Below, piece after piece: positions 40,468 through 50,884 of a stretch of DNA of 64,000 nt. The position numbers and the translations under genes are program-made. Position 1 is the first letter of the stretch, and every line of letters begins with the position of its first letter. Source of the DNA: an uncultured Chloroflexia bacterium (GTDB taxonomy: Bacteria > Chloroflexota > Limnocylindria > Limnocylindrales > CSP1-4); NCBI GenBank assembly GCA_963828165.1, contig CAWHDR010000001.1:1504001-1568000 (forward strand). Reading direction: 5' to 3'. Below the pieces are notes generated by a model, which ran no database searches, was not told where the DNA came from, and saw only the letters and a list, made by a program, of their open reading frames with translations.

Positions 40468-40477
40468 ATAGCAAGTT

Positions 40478-41260
40478 ATGAACGCTAAACTCGCTACCGT
40501 CAAGTCGCACGAAAACAATGGCGGTCCCACCACGACCCGCGCCGCTGAGAACCGCCCCGCTCCGACGACCGCGGAAACCATCCGCTTGGAGCTCGCGGAA
40601 GCCTGGGGCGAGATGGGCGCAGCGTGGGGCGTGACGCCGGCCATCGCGCGCGTGCAGGCCTATCTCATGGCCCGCCAGGCGCCGTTGACCGAGCGTGAGG
40701 TCCGCGAGGCGCTGGGCCTCAGCCACCGAGCCGCCAGCCTGGCGCTGGCCGAGGCCGAGTCGTGGGGCATCGTCGAGCGTGTCTCCGAGCCACGCCGGGT
40801 TGGCCGCCGCGGGCCGGCAGGCGTCGCGTACCTCGCCGTCGGGGATCACTTCCAGTGGTTCGGCCGGGTCATCGCTGAGCGCAAGGTGCGCGAAGGGGAC
40901 CCCGTCGTCGCGGTGCTCGAGCAGAAGGCCAGAGAGGCCGCCGCGGCCGCCGCCGCGAATCCCGACGATGGCGAGCTGGCCGATCTTCGGGACTGGCTCG
41001 CATCCTTCGTCGTCTTCGTGCGCCTGTTCGATCGCGCCGTGGGGCTCATCCCACAGCTGGAACCCCGAGAGCTCGAGCGCTCGCTGCAGCTCCTCGACCG
41101 GGTGCCGGACGCCACGATCCTGCGGTTGTTCGACCTCCTCGGCGGCCTCGACGACGACGACGTCCTGGAGCTCGTCGACGCCGTGTCGCGGCTGTCGCCC
41201 AAGGCCGCGCGGCGCGCCACGAAGCTGATGTCTGGAGTCGTTCGCACCGTCTCGCGCTGA
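40478..41260 (+). CDS. GbsR/MarR-family transcriptional regulator with C-terminal extension
   Basis: WGEMGAAWGVTPAIARVQAYL...PLTEREVREALGLSHRAASLALAEAESWGIV. Confidence 0.8.
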   Translation: MNAKLATVKSHENNGGPTTTRAAENRPAPTTAETIRLELAEAWGEMGAAWGVTPAIARVQAYLMARQAPLTEREVREALGLSHRAASLALAEAESWGIVERVSEPRRVGRRGPAGVAYLAVGDHFQWFGRVIAERKVREGDPVVAVLEQKAREAAAAAAANPDDGELADLRDWLASFVVFVRLFDRAVGLIPQLEPRELERSLQLLDRVPDATILRLFDLLGGLDDDDVLELVDAVSRLSPKAARRATKLMSGVVRTVSR

Positions 41261-41593
41261 CGGTCCACTGCCTCGGCGTCACCCTGAGTGACGGCTCGAC
41301 CATGAATGTGCATGGACCGGGGCTCGGATCGCCGTTTGGGACGTGCACGCTTGTACGTTCATCGCGAGGGTGCCACCACCGGTGACGGCGAGCCCGTGGC
41401 AGACCGTCGGAGCGTGGTACGAGTCCATCAAGGTCCAGTGCGCGGGGCATGAGCCGCACTCTTGGGCGCACGGGGAACGCGTGCGATAATCGCAAGCGCG
41501 TAAGGGACTCGGCCGACTCGATCGGGCGACGACCCCGGGGCCAGACCCGGCCGGCGATCCGAACGCACAAACCTTGAGGAATCACAGCCCACC

Positions 41594-42481
41594 ATGACCG
41601 TCGAAACGTCCACCTGGGCGACCAAGAAGGGTCTCGCCCAGATGCTCAAGGGCGGCGTCATCATGGACGTCGTCACGGCCGACCAAGCCAAGATCGCCGA
41701 GGATGCCGGCGCTGTCGCCGTCATGGCGCTCGAACGCGTCCCCGCCGACATCCGCAAGGCGGGCGGTGTCGCTCGCATGTCCGATCCCGAGATGATCAGC
41801 GGGATCATGGACGCGGTCTCGATCCCGGTGATGGCCAAGGCCAGAATCGGGCACTTCGTCGAGGCGCAGGTGCTCGAGGCGCTCGGCGTCGACTACATCG
41901 ACGAGTCCGAGGTCCTCACCCCGGCCGACGAGAGCAACCACATCGACAAGCATGCGTTCAAGGTCCCGTTCGTCTGCGGTTGCCGGAACCTCGGGGAGGC
42001 GCTCCGCCGGATCAACGAGGGCGCCGCGATGATGCGGACCAAGGGCGAGGCCGGGACCGGCAACATCGTGGAGGCCGTCCGCCAGCTACGCGACGTGCTC
42101 AGCGAGCTGCGCCGGCTCCAGGGCATGCGTGACGACGAGCTGTTCGTCGCGGCCAAGGATCTTCAGGCACCGTACGAGCTCGTGAAGGACGTCGCTGCGA
42201 ACGGCAAGCTGCCGGTCGTCAACTTCGTGGCCGGCGGGATCTCGACCCCATCCGACGCGGCGCTGGTGATGCAGCTCGGCGCGGAGGGCGTGTTCGTCGG
42301 ATCGGGCATCTTCAAGAGCGAGGACCCGGCACGGATGGCCAACGCGATCGTGCAGGCCACCACGTTCTTCGATGACGCCAAGAAGATCGCCGAGGTCTCG
42401 AAGGGCCTGGGGGCTCCGATGCGGGGCATGGCCCTCGAAGAGATCCCGGAGCAGGAGCGGCTCGCGGTCCGCGGCTGGTAG
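41594..42481 (+). CDS. pdxS: pyridoxal 5'-phosphate synthase lyase subunit
   Basis: [52 protein letters not shown]. Confidence 0.97.
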   Translation: MTVETSTWATKKGLAQMLKGGVIMDVVTADQAKIAEDAGAVAVMALERVPADIRKAGGVARMSDPEMISGIMDAVSIPVMAKARIGHFVEAQVLEALGVDYIDESEVLTPADESNHIDKHAFKVPFVCGCRNLGEALRRINEGAAMMRTKGEAGTGNIVEAVRQLRDVLSELRRLQGMRDDELFVAAKDLQAPYELVKDVAANGKLPVVNFVAGGISTPSDAALVMQLGAEGVFVGSGIFKSEDPARMANAIVQATTFFDDAKKIAEVSKGLGAPMRGMALEEIPEQERLAVRGW

Positions 42482-42571
42482 GGCGGGACGGCCCATCCTC
42501 GCGCCGATGGCTCGCAGGGGCGTCGCCTCGGCGCTCGGAGCGCGTGTGACCACACCACGTAGCATCTCTGT

Positions 42572-43207
42572 ATGAAGATCGGCGTCCTCGCCCTCCAGGG
42601 GGCATTCCGCGAGCATCTCGACACGCTCGGCGCCATCGGCGTCGAGGGTGTCCGCGTGCGCGAGCCGGCCGACCTCGACGGGCTCAGCGGCCTGATCCTG
42701 CCCGGGGGCGAGAGCACGACGATGCGTGGACTCATCGAGCGCTGGGGCTTGCGCCAGCCGATCATGGATTTCGCCGACGCTGGAGCGCCCGTCTTCGGGA
42801 CCTGCGCCGGGATGATCGTCCTTTCACGGGAGATCGCGGGCGGCGAAGAGCCGATCCTGCCGCTGCTCGACGTGACCGTCGAGCGCAATGCGTTCGGGCG
42901 GCAGCTCGAGTCGTTCGAGGCGGATCTCGACGTCGACGTCCTGGGCGGGACGCCGGTGCATGCCGTGTTCATCCGGGCACCGATCATCGAACGGACCGGA
43001 CCCGGGGTCGATGTCCTGGCGCGCCTGGACGACGGGCGGATCGTGGCCGTGCGCGAGCGGAACATCGTGGCCACGTCGTTTCACCCCGAGCTGGCCGGGG
43101 AGACGCGCTTCCACCGGCTGGTCGCGACGATGGCCGCCGAGCACGACGATCCGGGCGAGGGCTCCGGACGGCGACCGCACCCGACCCGCCGGACGCAGGC
43201 GCGATGA
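42572..43207 (+). CDS. pdxT: pyridoxal 5'-phosphate synthase glutaminase subunit
   Basis: IGVLALQGAFREH, LPGGESTT, FGTCAGMI, SFHPEL. Confidence 0.96.
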   Translation: MKIGVLALQGAFREHLDTLGAIGVEGVRVREPADLDGLSGLILPGGESTTMRGLIERWGLRQPIMDFADAGAPVFGTCAGMIVLSREIAGGEEPILPLLDVTVERNAFGRQLESFEADLDVDVLGGTPVHAVFIRAPIIERTGPGVDVLARLDDGRIVAVRERNIVATSFHPELAGETRFHRLVATMAAEHDDPGEGSGRRPHPTRRTQAR

Positions 43208-43226
43208 TGACCACGAGGATCGTCGC

Positions 43227-44294
43227 GTGACCGCGACCCGACCGCCGCGCACCCAGGGCAAGGTCCGGGCGGCGCGCCTGACCGACCTCGCCGCGCTCGG
43301 CGAGCTGTCGCGACTGTGCCAGTCGGAGGCCGCCGCGACACGATCGCTCGGCCTGCCGGTGAGCGGCCCTCCGATCGGCGTCTTCAGCCTGTTCCGCCTT
43401 CCGCTCGGTGCCTTCCGCCCGAACGACCTGATGTACGTCTACGAGGGCAGTGGCCGCATCGCCGGCCTCGTGCGTGTGGAACGCGAATCGATCCGCGACG
43501 AGTGGACGATCGTGGAGCTCGACGCCGTCGGGCTCGCCGACGCGGGCGACATCCGCTACCGGCTCGTCCAGCAGATCCTGCGCGAGGGTGCGAAACGGGG
43601 AGCTGCCCGGTTCCACGTCGCGTGCGCCGACGTCGACGGTAACGTCGAGCTGCTCATGCAGGCCGGGTTCATGCGCTACGGGGAGGAACGCATCTTGTTC
43701 CGCGCGGCCAAGACGAAACTACCCGCCCCGTGGACCGAGGACGCCGCCAAGAAGGTGCGGATCCGCCCCGTGCAGGCGATCGATGCGCTCGCGCTCCATC
43801 GCCTCTACCTGACCGCGACGCCGGGACCGGTCGCGCGGCTGGAGGCCATCCGGTTGCCGGACTGGGAGCGCCAGGGGACGCACTGGCGCGTGCCGCGTTC
43901 CAGCCTCGCGCCGATCCTGCGCTTCGCCGATGTCGAGGCGTACGTCCAGGTCGCTCCGGGTGGCGGCAAGGACGGCACCGAGCTCGACGCGTTCGTCCAG
44001 GTCGGCGTCGCGAAGGAGGACCAGCCCCACTACCTGAAGGTCGTTGCGAGGCCGGAGGCCGATGCCGAAGCCATCATCGGATACGGTCTGGGCATCATCG
44101 CCGCACGCACCGCGAAAGGCCGCGACCATCGCCCGAACCACGGTGTCATCTCACCCGTGCGAACCTATGAGGCACCGCTCGATCGCCGACTGGAGGAGGC
44201 TGCCTTCGATTCGATCGCCAGCGTGACACTGCTCATGAAGGAAACCCTCGTCCGCGTGGCCGAGCCGGCCCTCGTGCCGGCCGGCGTGCGCTAA
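43227..44294 (+). CDS. tandem GNAT-fold-like hypothetical protein
   Basis: [12 protein letters not shown] and [16 protein letters not shown] resemble GNAT starts; [11 protein letters not shown]. Confidence 0.6.
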   Translation: MTATRPPRTQGKVRAARLTDLAALGELSRLCQSEAAATRSLGLPVSGPPIGVFSLFRLPLGAFRPNDLMYVYEGSGRIAGLVRVERESIRDEWTIVELDAVGLADAGDIRYRLVQQILREGAKRGAARFHVACADVDGNVELLMQAGFMRYGEERILFRAAKTKLPAPWTEDAAKKVRIRPVQAIDALALHRLYLTATPGPVARLEAIRLPDWERQGTHWRVPRSSLAPILRFADVEAYVQVAPGGGKDGTELDAFVQVGVAKEDQPHYLKVVARPEADAEAIIGYGLGIIAARTAKGRDHRPNHGVISPVRTYEAPLDRRLEEAAFDSIASVTLLMKETLVRVAEPALVPAGVR

Positions 44295-44301
44295 CCCGTC
44301 C

Positions 44302-46377
44302 ATGGAGGTCAGCATGGGATCCGAGGACCGTCAGCGGGAATCGATCGACGACCTCGACGCGCTGCTCTCGTCCCTGCCGCCTGAGATCGTCGACGCCGTG
44401 CACGCGCTCGAGGAGCGTGAGTCGCTCATCGAGGTCGTGATGGACCTCGGTCGGCGCCCGGAAGGCCGATTCCCTGACGCCGAGGTGATGCTGCTCGAGC
44501 GCGAGATCGTCGACGCCGACATCGCGTTCGTCGTCGAGCACATCGGACTGTTCGGGGACGACAACCGCGCGGGCATCGAGCGGACGCTCCATCGCATCAG
44601 CGCGATCCGCAACCGCAGCGGCAAGATCGTCGGGTTGACCTGCCGGATCGGCCGGGCCGTGTACGGCACGATCGAGATCATCACGGACTTCGTCGAGACC
44701 GGAAAGTCGATCCTGATCATGGGTCGGCCCGGCATCGGCAAGACCACGATGCTGCGCGAGGCTGCGCGCGTGCTCGCGGACGACCTGGGCAAGCGGGTCG
44801 TGGTCGTGGACACCTCCAATGAGATCGCCGGCGACGGCGACATCCCGCACCCGGCCATCGGCAAGGCACGCCGGATGCAGGTGCGCACGCCGTCGCTCCA
44901 GCACGAGGTGATGATCGAAGCGGTCGAGAACCACATGCCCCAGGTCATCGTCATCGACGAGATCGGGACCGAGCTCGAGGCGCAGGCGGCCCGCACGATC
45001 GCCGAGCGCGGCGTGCAGCTCATCGGTACGGCGCACGGCAACAACCTCGACAACCTGATGCTCAACCCGACGCTGTCCGACCTCATCGGCGGGATCCAGA
45101 GCGTGACCCTCGGCGACGAGGAGGCGCGCCGCCGGCGCACGCAGAAGAGCGTGCTCGAGCGCAAGGCGCCGCCGACCTTCGACGTCATCGTCGAGATCCA
45201 GGACCGCGAGCGGGTCGCCGTCCACAGCGATGTCGCGGACACGATCGACGCGCTGCTGCGCGGGGACGCCGTGGCGCCCGAGCTGCGCTGGCGTGACGAG
45301 GAAGGCGTGCATCGATCGCAGGGCCGGCCGCGGCCATCGCCCCGCGAGCAGCTGGGGGCCGAGCGCTTCGCCGGCCTGGTCGGCGCCGGCTCACCGTGGC
45401 GGATGGAGCCGGGCTGGCGGGGTGACGGCTCGGCACGGACGGCGGGCGGCTTCCGGGAGGCCGAACGCGGTGGGTTCCGACCCGGGTACCGCCCCGGCGC
45501 TTCGGGTGGCTGGCGGCAGACCCGCGGTGGCTCCGGTCGCGAGAGCGCGCCGCGCGGATCCATATCGGAGGGTGGCGCATCGGGCGTGATGCCCGGCGAG
45601 CGGATCGCATCGCGGGGACCCGAGGCGCCGTTCGTTTCCGGGGAGATCGCGGATCGGGGGCCGTTGGAGCGAGGCGCCACGTCCACGGCGCTGGAGACGC
45701 GTGCCCGCGAGGCCCGCGAGCTCGAGCGCCAGAAGGCGTGGCGCGACCAGGCGGCCCGCGCCCTGCAGACCCTCAAGGCGGATGAGGGCACGGCGCCTAT
45801 CAACGCCGACGCGCTCGAGGAGGACGAGGATCTCGATGCCCTGCCGCTGGGCGCCGAGGAGGGATCGCACGGCGAGACCGTGCTCGTGCCCGGCGGCTCG
45901 CCGTTGCCGACGCTGCGGGTCCTGCCCCAGGGCATCAGCCGCAAGCGCCTGGAGCAGGCCGTCCGGGACCTCGGGTTGCCGGTGGTCATCGCCCGCGAGG
46001 TGGACGAGGCGGACGTCGTGATGACGCTCAAGAACGAGTACAAGCAGAAGACGCCACTGCTGCGTGAGGCCGAAGAGCGGGCGATGCCGATCTACGTCCT
46101 CAAGAGCAACACGATCCCGCAGATGCAGACGAGCCTGACGTCGATCTTCTCGCTCGAGATCGATCCGCGCGAGGCCGCGATGCGGGAGACGGAAGATGCC
46201 ATCGAGGTCGTGCTGACCTCGGCGGAGCCCGTCGAGCTGTCACCACAGAACGCGTACATCCGGCGGCTGCAGCACCAGATGGCCGAGCGGGCCAACCTCG
46301 TGTCGCGGTCACGCGGCCGGGAGCCGTATCGGCGGGTGCGCCTGTACCCGGACGCCGCCAGATCCGCCTGGCGGTAG
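44302..46377 (+). CDS. Ycf45/SpoIIIAA-like AAA ATPase with C-terminal R3H domain
   Basis: Walker [32 protein letters not shown]3[18 protein letters not shown]. Confidence 0.9.
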   Translation: MEVSMGSEDRQRESIDDLDALLSSLPPEIVDAVHALEERESLIEVVMDLGRRPEGRFPDAEVMLLEREIVDADIAFVVEHIGLFGDDNRAGIERTLHRISAIRNRSGKIVGLTCRIGRAVYGTIEIITDFVETGKSILIMGRPGIGKTTMLREAARVLADDLGKRVVVVDTSNEIAGDGDIPHPAIGKARRMQVRTPSLQHEVMIEAVENHMPQVIVIDEIGTELEAQAARTIAERGVQLIGTAHGNNLDNLMLNPTLSDLIGGIQSVTLGDEEARRRRTQKSVLERKAPPTFDVIVEIQDRERVAVHSDVADTIDALLRGDAVAPELRWRDEEGVHRSQGRPRPSPREQLGAERFAGLVGAGSPWRMEPGWRGDGSARTAGGFREAERGGFRPGYRPGASGGWRQTRGGSGRESAPRGSISEGGASGVMPGERIASRGPEAPFVSGEIADRGPLERGATSTALETRAREARELERQKAWRDQAARALQTLKADEGTAPINADALEEDEDLDALPLGAEEGSHGETVLVPGGSPLPTLRVLPQGISRKRLEQAVRDLGLPVVIAREVDEADVVMTLKNEYKQKTPLLREAEERAMPIYVLKSNTIPQMQTSLTSIFSLEIDPREAAMRETEDAIEVVLTSAEPVELSPQNAYIRRLQHQMAERANLVSRSRGREPYRRVRLYPDAARSAWR

Positions 46378-46435
46378 TCCCTTTCCTGTCGCACGGGACG
46401 GGGCACGTGGCGGCTCCGCGCGCCCACCCACCCTC

Positions 46436-46610
46436 ATGTCAGCCTGAGACACCATCTCGACACAGCCGACCGTGACCGGCCACACGGTGTCAGCCAGAGG
46501 CACGAAGCGGCCATAGGTGAGCGTGATCGGATGCTCAGACGGCGCCGAACGGCGGTACGAAGCGCTCGATCACGAGCGATCTGTCGCAATCCTGTGCCTG
46601 ACGCTGACAT
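46436..46610. repeat. three 17-bp quasi-palindromic sites (A/G)TGTCAGC-N3-AG(A/G)CAC, two direct and one inverted
   Basis: ATGTCAGCCTGAGACAC 46436, GTGTCAGCCAGAGGCAC 46487, and reverse-complement ATGTCAGCGTCAGGCAC 46594-46610. Confidence 0.6.
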
Positions 46611-46636
46611 CGAAGGCATCCCGTGGGGCTGCCCGC

Positions 46637-47386
46637 ATGGCAGACTTGCCCGCCATGACAGCCATCCCTCCAGCCAGGCCCGACATCCGGCGGCCGCTGA
46701 CGTTGCGTCGCGGGCTGCGCCGGTTGAGCACCGGACTCATCGTGTACGGGCTCATCGGGCTGGCGCTGGCGCTCATCGGCGCGTTCGCGTTGGTGTGGGT
46801 CGGGGGGCGCGTCGGCGCGGTGGCCGACCGGACGGGCGAGCAGGTCGAATCGATCGTCGCGACCCTGGACGAGACGGCGAACGTGCTGGAGAGCATGGGA
46901 ACGTCGGCGACGTCATTCTCCGGGACGTTGGAGCGGACACCGCCCGCCGTCCGCCAGACGGCAGCGACAGTCGCGAACCTGCGGGCCAACCTGACCCTGG
47001 TCCAGGGCCAGCTGGCGGCGATCAACATCCTGGGCGCCCGGCCGCTGGCGGATGCCGCGAACCTGTTCGGCCAGATGGCGACCGACCTCGAAGGCCTGGA
47101 CGGCCGGCTCGAGGTGATCGCCGCCGACCTCGATACCAACCGAACGGCGCTGCTCGACAACTCGACGAAGCTGCAGGCGCTGGGGGTGGAGCTGGACGGT
47201 GTCGCGGACGATTTGCGCGCGGGCTCGATCGAGGACAGCCTCGCCGACGTGCAACTCATCCTGGTCGTGCTGTCGGGACTGCTCGTGGTCTGGGCGCTGC
47301 TGCCGGCCGTCGGGGCGCTGGGCCTTGGCTGGTGGCTCCGGCGGGAACTGCTCGACCCCGACGGCGACAGCCTGGTGGCGCCTTAG
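46637..47386 (+). CDS. membrane protein, two TMs flanking a coiled-coil region
   Basis: TM LIVYGLIGLALALIGAFALVWV, heptad-like middle region, C-terminal TM. Confidence 0.7.
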   Translation: MADLPAMTAIPPARPDIRRPLTLRRGLRRLSTGLIVYGLIGLALALIGAFALVWVGGRVGAVADRTGEQVESIVATLDETANVLESMGTSATSFSGTLERTPPAVRQTAATVANLRANLTLVQGQLAAINILGARPLADAANLFGQMATDLEGLDGRLEVIAADLDTNRTALLDNSTKLQALGVELDGVADDLRAGSIEDSLADVQLILVVLSGLLVVWALLPAVGALGLGWWLRRELLDPDGDSLVAP

Positions 47387-48826
47387 CGCAACTCGTGGCG
47401 AAGGGCGGACCGGGCGGCGTGGTAGCCACTCATGCCGTGGACGCCACCGCCCGGCGGGGTCGACGACGAGCACAGGTACAGGCCGGGTCCGGCGTGGTAC
47501 GGGTCGAGGCTGGGCACGGGCCGGAAGAAGGTCTGGCGGATGTCCGAGATGCCGGCGTTGATGTCGCCGCCGATGTAGTTCGCATCATGTGCCTCCATCT
47601 GCGCCGGCGAGTGCGTGGCCCGGGCGAGGATCAGGTCGTGGAACCCCGGGGCAAAACGCTCGACCTGGGCCTCGATCCGGCGAGTCATGTCGATGTCGGA
47701 GCCCGGCGGCACGTGGCAGTACGCCCAGGCCGTGGTCTTGCCGGCCGGAGCCCGCGACGGATCCCACGGGTGGTACTGGGCGACCAGCGTGAAGGGCCGC
47801 TCCGCGTGCCGGCCGGCCGCGACCTCGGACTCCGAATGCGCGATCTCGTCAAGCGTGCCGCCCAGGTGGACCGTGCCGGCACGACGAAGGCCGTCGGCGG
47901 TCCACGGGATGGGACCACCGAGGGCCCAGTCGACCTTGAACACGCCCGAGCCGTAGCGGAAGCGTTCGTACCTTGACCGCGTCCGCGGCGGCAGCCGGTC
48001 GCCGGCGATGGCCACGGCGGCTCGCGGCGTCGTGTCGAAGAGCACGGCGCGTGCAGGCGGCAGGTCCTCCAGGCTCGCCACCCGTTCGCCGGTGACGATC
48101 TCGCCGCCGAGGGATCGGAGCTCGGCAGCCAGGGTGTCGGTCACCGCGGCAGACCCGCCGCGGATCATCGGCCACCCGACGGCGTGCGCGTACATCCCCA
48201 GCACGAGTCCGAACGAGGCCGACAACGGTCGGTCGAGCGCGACCATCGAGTGCGCCGCGAGCGCTCCGAACATCGCCCGAGCCGACTCCCCTCGGAACCG
48301 CCCGCGCGCCAGTCCTTCCGCTGAACGCAACGCCGGCAGGCCGAACCGGGCGAGCGCAAGCGGGTGGCGCGGTATGTGCACGACCGGACCGAGCAGTTCC
48401 CTCGACAGCTTCCGCGCATCGCGGACGAGCGGCCCGAACAATCGCAGCCAGGCACCGCCGTCGTCGGTCTTGCGGTCGCGATCCAGGCCCGCCGCGGTGG
48501 CCGTGAACGAGCGCTCGAGCACCGCCGCACGTCCGCCGTCGAGCGCATGGGCGAGTGGCGCGTCGGGATGGATGAGCTCCACGCCGCGAGCATTCCAGTC
48601 GATCGTGCGGAAGAAGGGCGATGCGGCCGTCAGCGGCAGGATCGTGGAGCAGACGTCGTGGCGGAAGCCGGGGAGCGTCAGCTCCTGGGTCCGTGTCCCG
48701 CCGCCGATCGTGTCGGCCGCCTCGTAGACCCGGACGGACCTGACCGGCGCGGGCCAGGGTCAGCGCGGCGGCGAGGCCGTTAGGCCCCGCCCCGACGACG
48801 ATGGCATCGAGATCGGGCGTCGTCAC
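47383..48826 (-). CDS. phytoene dehydrogenase-related FAD-dependent oxidoreductase, one frameshift near 48742
   Basis: Rossmann motif DAIVVGAGPNGLAAALTLARAG is in a different frame from RSVRVYEAADTIGGG... and C-terminal YLCSSSTPPGGGVHGMSG. TACGCT-N6-GTG start. Confidence 0.82.
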
Positions 48827-48882
48827 CTGCGCAGCGTAGGCCGTTCGGATGTCGGGCGGCCGGGGCCGTTGCGGCGGTGACG

Positions 48883-49644
48883 TCAGATCCGCCGGCGGAC
48901 GAATCGCCCCGGGGCCCCCGCGGCGTGTATCGCTGCGCGGATCCCGGCGTTGTGGCGGACGTTCCCGACATGGCGCCACTGGCGGCGGCGATCCACGCAC
49001 ACGATCTCAGTCTCTACTTCGACTCCCGTCGCGCCAAGCCGCGCCGCCACGTTTGCCAGCGTGGTTTCCCAGAACCGGTTGTTGACACGATGGCCACCGA
49101 ACACCAGCCCCATCTCGAACAGCGGGTCGCTCGCTCGCTCGAGCGCCTGTGCCTGGATGATGACCGTGCCGCCGGCCGCCCGCGTCGCGCTGAACGTGAT
49201 CCATGCCGCCAACATGTGACCCTCCGGCGACATGAGCGTGAAGGCCTCATCGTCGGCGTACAGCACCAGCACGCCCGTATGGAGCTTGACCGGGCCCGCC
49301 GCCGCCACGGAGAGCAGGGCGACCTCGCCGGGACGGATCCCCGCAAGCGGCGCGTAGAAGGTGTTGCCCTTGGGCCAGAAGCTGGAGAACTCGGTTTTCC
49401 AGGTGGCGATCGCCTCCTCCGGGGTCAGGCTGGTCTCGGCCGGAAGGCGAACGCGGAACGTTTTCTGCCACATCTGCCCGAAGCCTTGGAGAGGCCCCGC
49501 AACGCGTCGCCCAGCCACGGTCGCGGCGACACCTCCGCCGTCCGGGTCGGAGACGGCAAGCCGGTCGACAGGCCGGGCCCAGCTGTCGGCATCGGTTCGC
49601 CGGGGGGTCGACTCGGTCACGGGTTCGCTCGGGCTTGCGCTCAT
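48883..49644 (-). CDS. conserved hypothetical protein, DUF1990/SRPBCC-like fold suspected
   Basis: GPLQGFGQMWQK, TGVLVLYADDEAFTLMSPEGHMLAAWITFSA. Last gene of the partner-switching run. Fold is inferred. Confidence 0.65.
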   Translation of the reverse strand: MSASPSEPVTESTPRRTDADSWARPVDRLAVSDPDGGGVAATVAGRRVAGPLQGFGQMWQKTFRVRLPAETSLTPEEAIATWKTEFSSFWPKGNTFYAPLAGIRPGEVALLSVAAAGPVKLHTGVLVLYADDEAFTLMSPEGHMLAAWITFSATRAAGGTVIIQAQALERASDPLFEMGLVFGGHRVNNRFWETTLANVAARLGATGVEVETEIVCVDRRRQWRHVGNVRHNAGIRAAIHAAGAPGRFVRRRI

Positions 49645-49720
49645 CGGTCCTCTCGCTTAGCGGATGACCCGATCTTGCGGGGCAACCGTCCGGAGATCGT
49701 TACGAGCCGATCCCGGTAGG

Positions 49721-50884
49721 TCACGTGGAACGGCTGCGGACCCAGACTGTGGTCAGCGACGGCCGAACCGCCTGGTCGGCGGCATCGACCAGGGACCTGC
49801 CTACGGCATCCGATTCGACCTCATCACGGAGTCGGCTGCCGAAGGTTTCGACCATCCGCTGATGGTCGTAGCGCGAGCGATAGAACCGTCGGTCGACGAC
49901 CGCCCGTACCGAGCCCCGCACCGGCCCGAATAGTGCGGCGATCGCCAAGGTCGAAAGCGCGACGGGCAGGGTGTCACCACCGGTCAAGGGCACGAGGACC
50001 GCCTGGAGGGCGATGACGAACGAGACATAGAGGACGCCCAGGATGGCGATGACGGCTCCGTAAACGAGCGTGCGCCGGACTACGACGTCGATGTCGTACA
50101 GGCGGTACCGCAAGACGGCGATACCCGCCGCGAGCGGGATGAGAAGGAGAGTGCCGAACACCGCGTAGCCTGCGCTGTCGCCGGCGGTTCCGCGCAGGTC
50201 CATCGCGAGGACGAGCCATGCCCCAGCCTGGAGTGCTGCGGCGAAGGTCATCCACTTGAGTTGCTGACGCTCGATCCCGCGTTCCGCGCGCAATCTCACG
50301 ACCAGGCTCAGGCCGGCAGCAACCGCGCCCGCCAGGAGCGGGAACCAGCCGACGCCACCGCTCTCCAGCGGCGACCCGGTGAATCCAGCGATACCGACCG
50401 GGTTGCGCAGGCGGGGATAGTCCACCAGGGCCGGGGTGAAGGCATTGCCGATCGCGACGAGCAGCGCCCCGCCGATCACCAGAACGGCCGCGATACGCCA
50501 CCGGCGCGATGCCAGCCTGCCGGTCGGGAACAACAGGATCAGCAGGAGCGGGGGAGCGAGCGTGACCGGGAAGCCCCAGGTCGCGACCCATCCGGCCCAG
50601 TCTTGGCCCGCGACCGGCCGCGCGAGGCGGGCGATCGAGTCGAACAGCGCGACGGTCGCTCCGACGACCCCCGTGACCAAGGCAAGGCGGCCGATCACGT
50701 TGCCCGGCTGGCGGCCGACGATCAGTGCACCCACGGCCCCGAACGCCAGGTACGCTGCCGGGAAGAGCACGATGTCGGGCGTCAGCGGTTCCTGGACCCC
50801 GATGGCCCAGAGGACGAGTGCCGCGATCATCGTCACGAGCAGCCCGACGAAGACGATGCCTGCGCGCCAGGGCGTCCGATTCAT
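49721..50884 (-). CDS. multi-pass membrane receptor-like protein ending in the N-terminal part of a GAF domain, no output domain
   Basis: About 9-10 TMs. Motifs PGNVIG, LLFPTGRL, NPVG, ERQQLKW, AVLRYRLYDID. Tail VDRRFYRSRYD...LRDEVESDAVGRSLVDAADQAVRPSLTTVWVR. Confidence 0.8.
   Translation of the reverse strand: MNRTPWRAGIVFVGLLVTMIAALVLWAIGVQEPLTPDIVLFPAAYLAFGAVGALIVGRQPGNVIGRLALVTGVVGATVALFDSIARLARPVAGQDWAGWVATWGFPVTLAPPLLLILLFPTGRLASRRWRIAAVLVIGGALLVAIGNAFTPALVDYPRLRNPVGIAGFTGSPLESGGVGWFPLLAGAVAAGLSLVVRLRAERGIERQQLKWMTFAAALQAGAWLVLAMDLRGTAGDSAGYAVFGTLLLIPLAAGIAVLRYRLYDIDVVVRRTLVYGAVIAILGVLYVSFVIALQAVLVPLTGGDTLPVALSTLAIAALFGPVRGSVRAVVDRRFYRSRYDHQRMVETFGSRLRDEVESDAVGRSLVDAADQAVRPSLTTVWVRSRST

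Noticed and set aside
41485-41593. Possible riboswitch in the ~100-nt pdxS leader
   Set aside because: Only short GC hairpins expected by chance. I recognise no aptamer consensus, and an Rfam scan would be needed.
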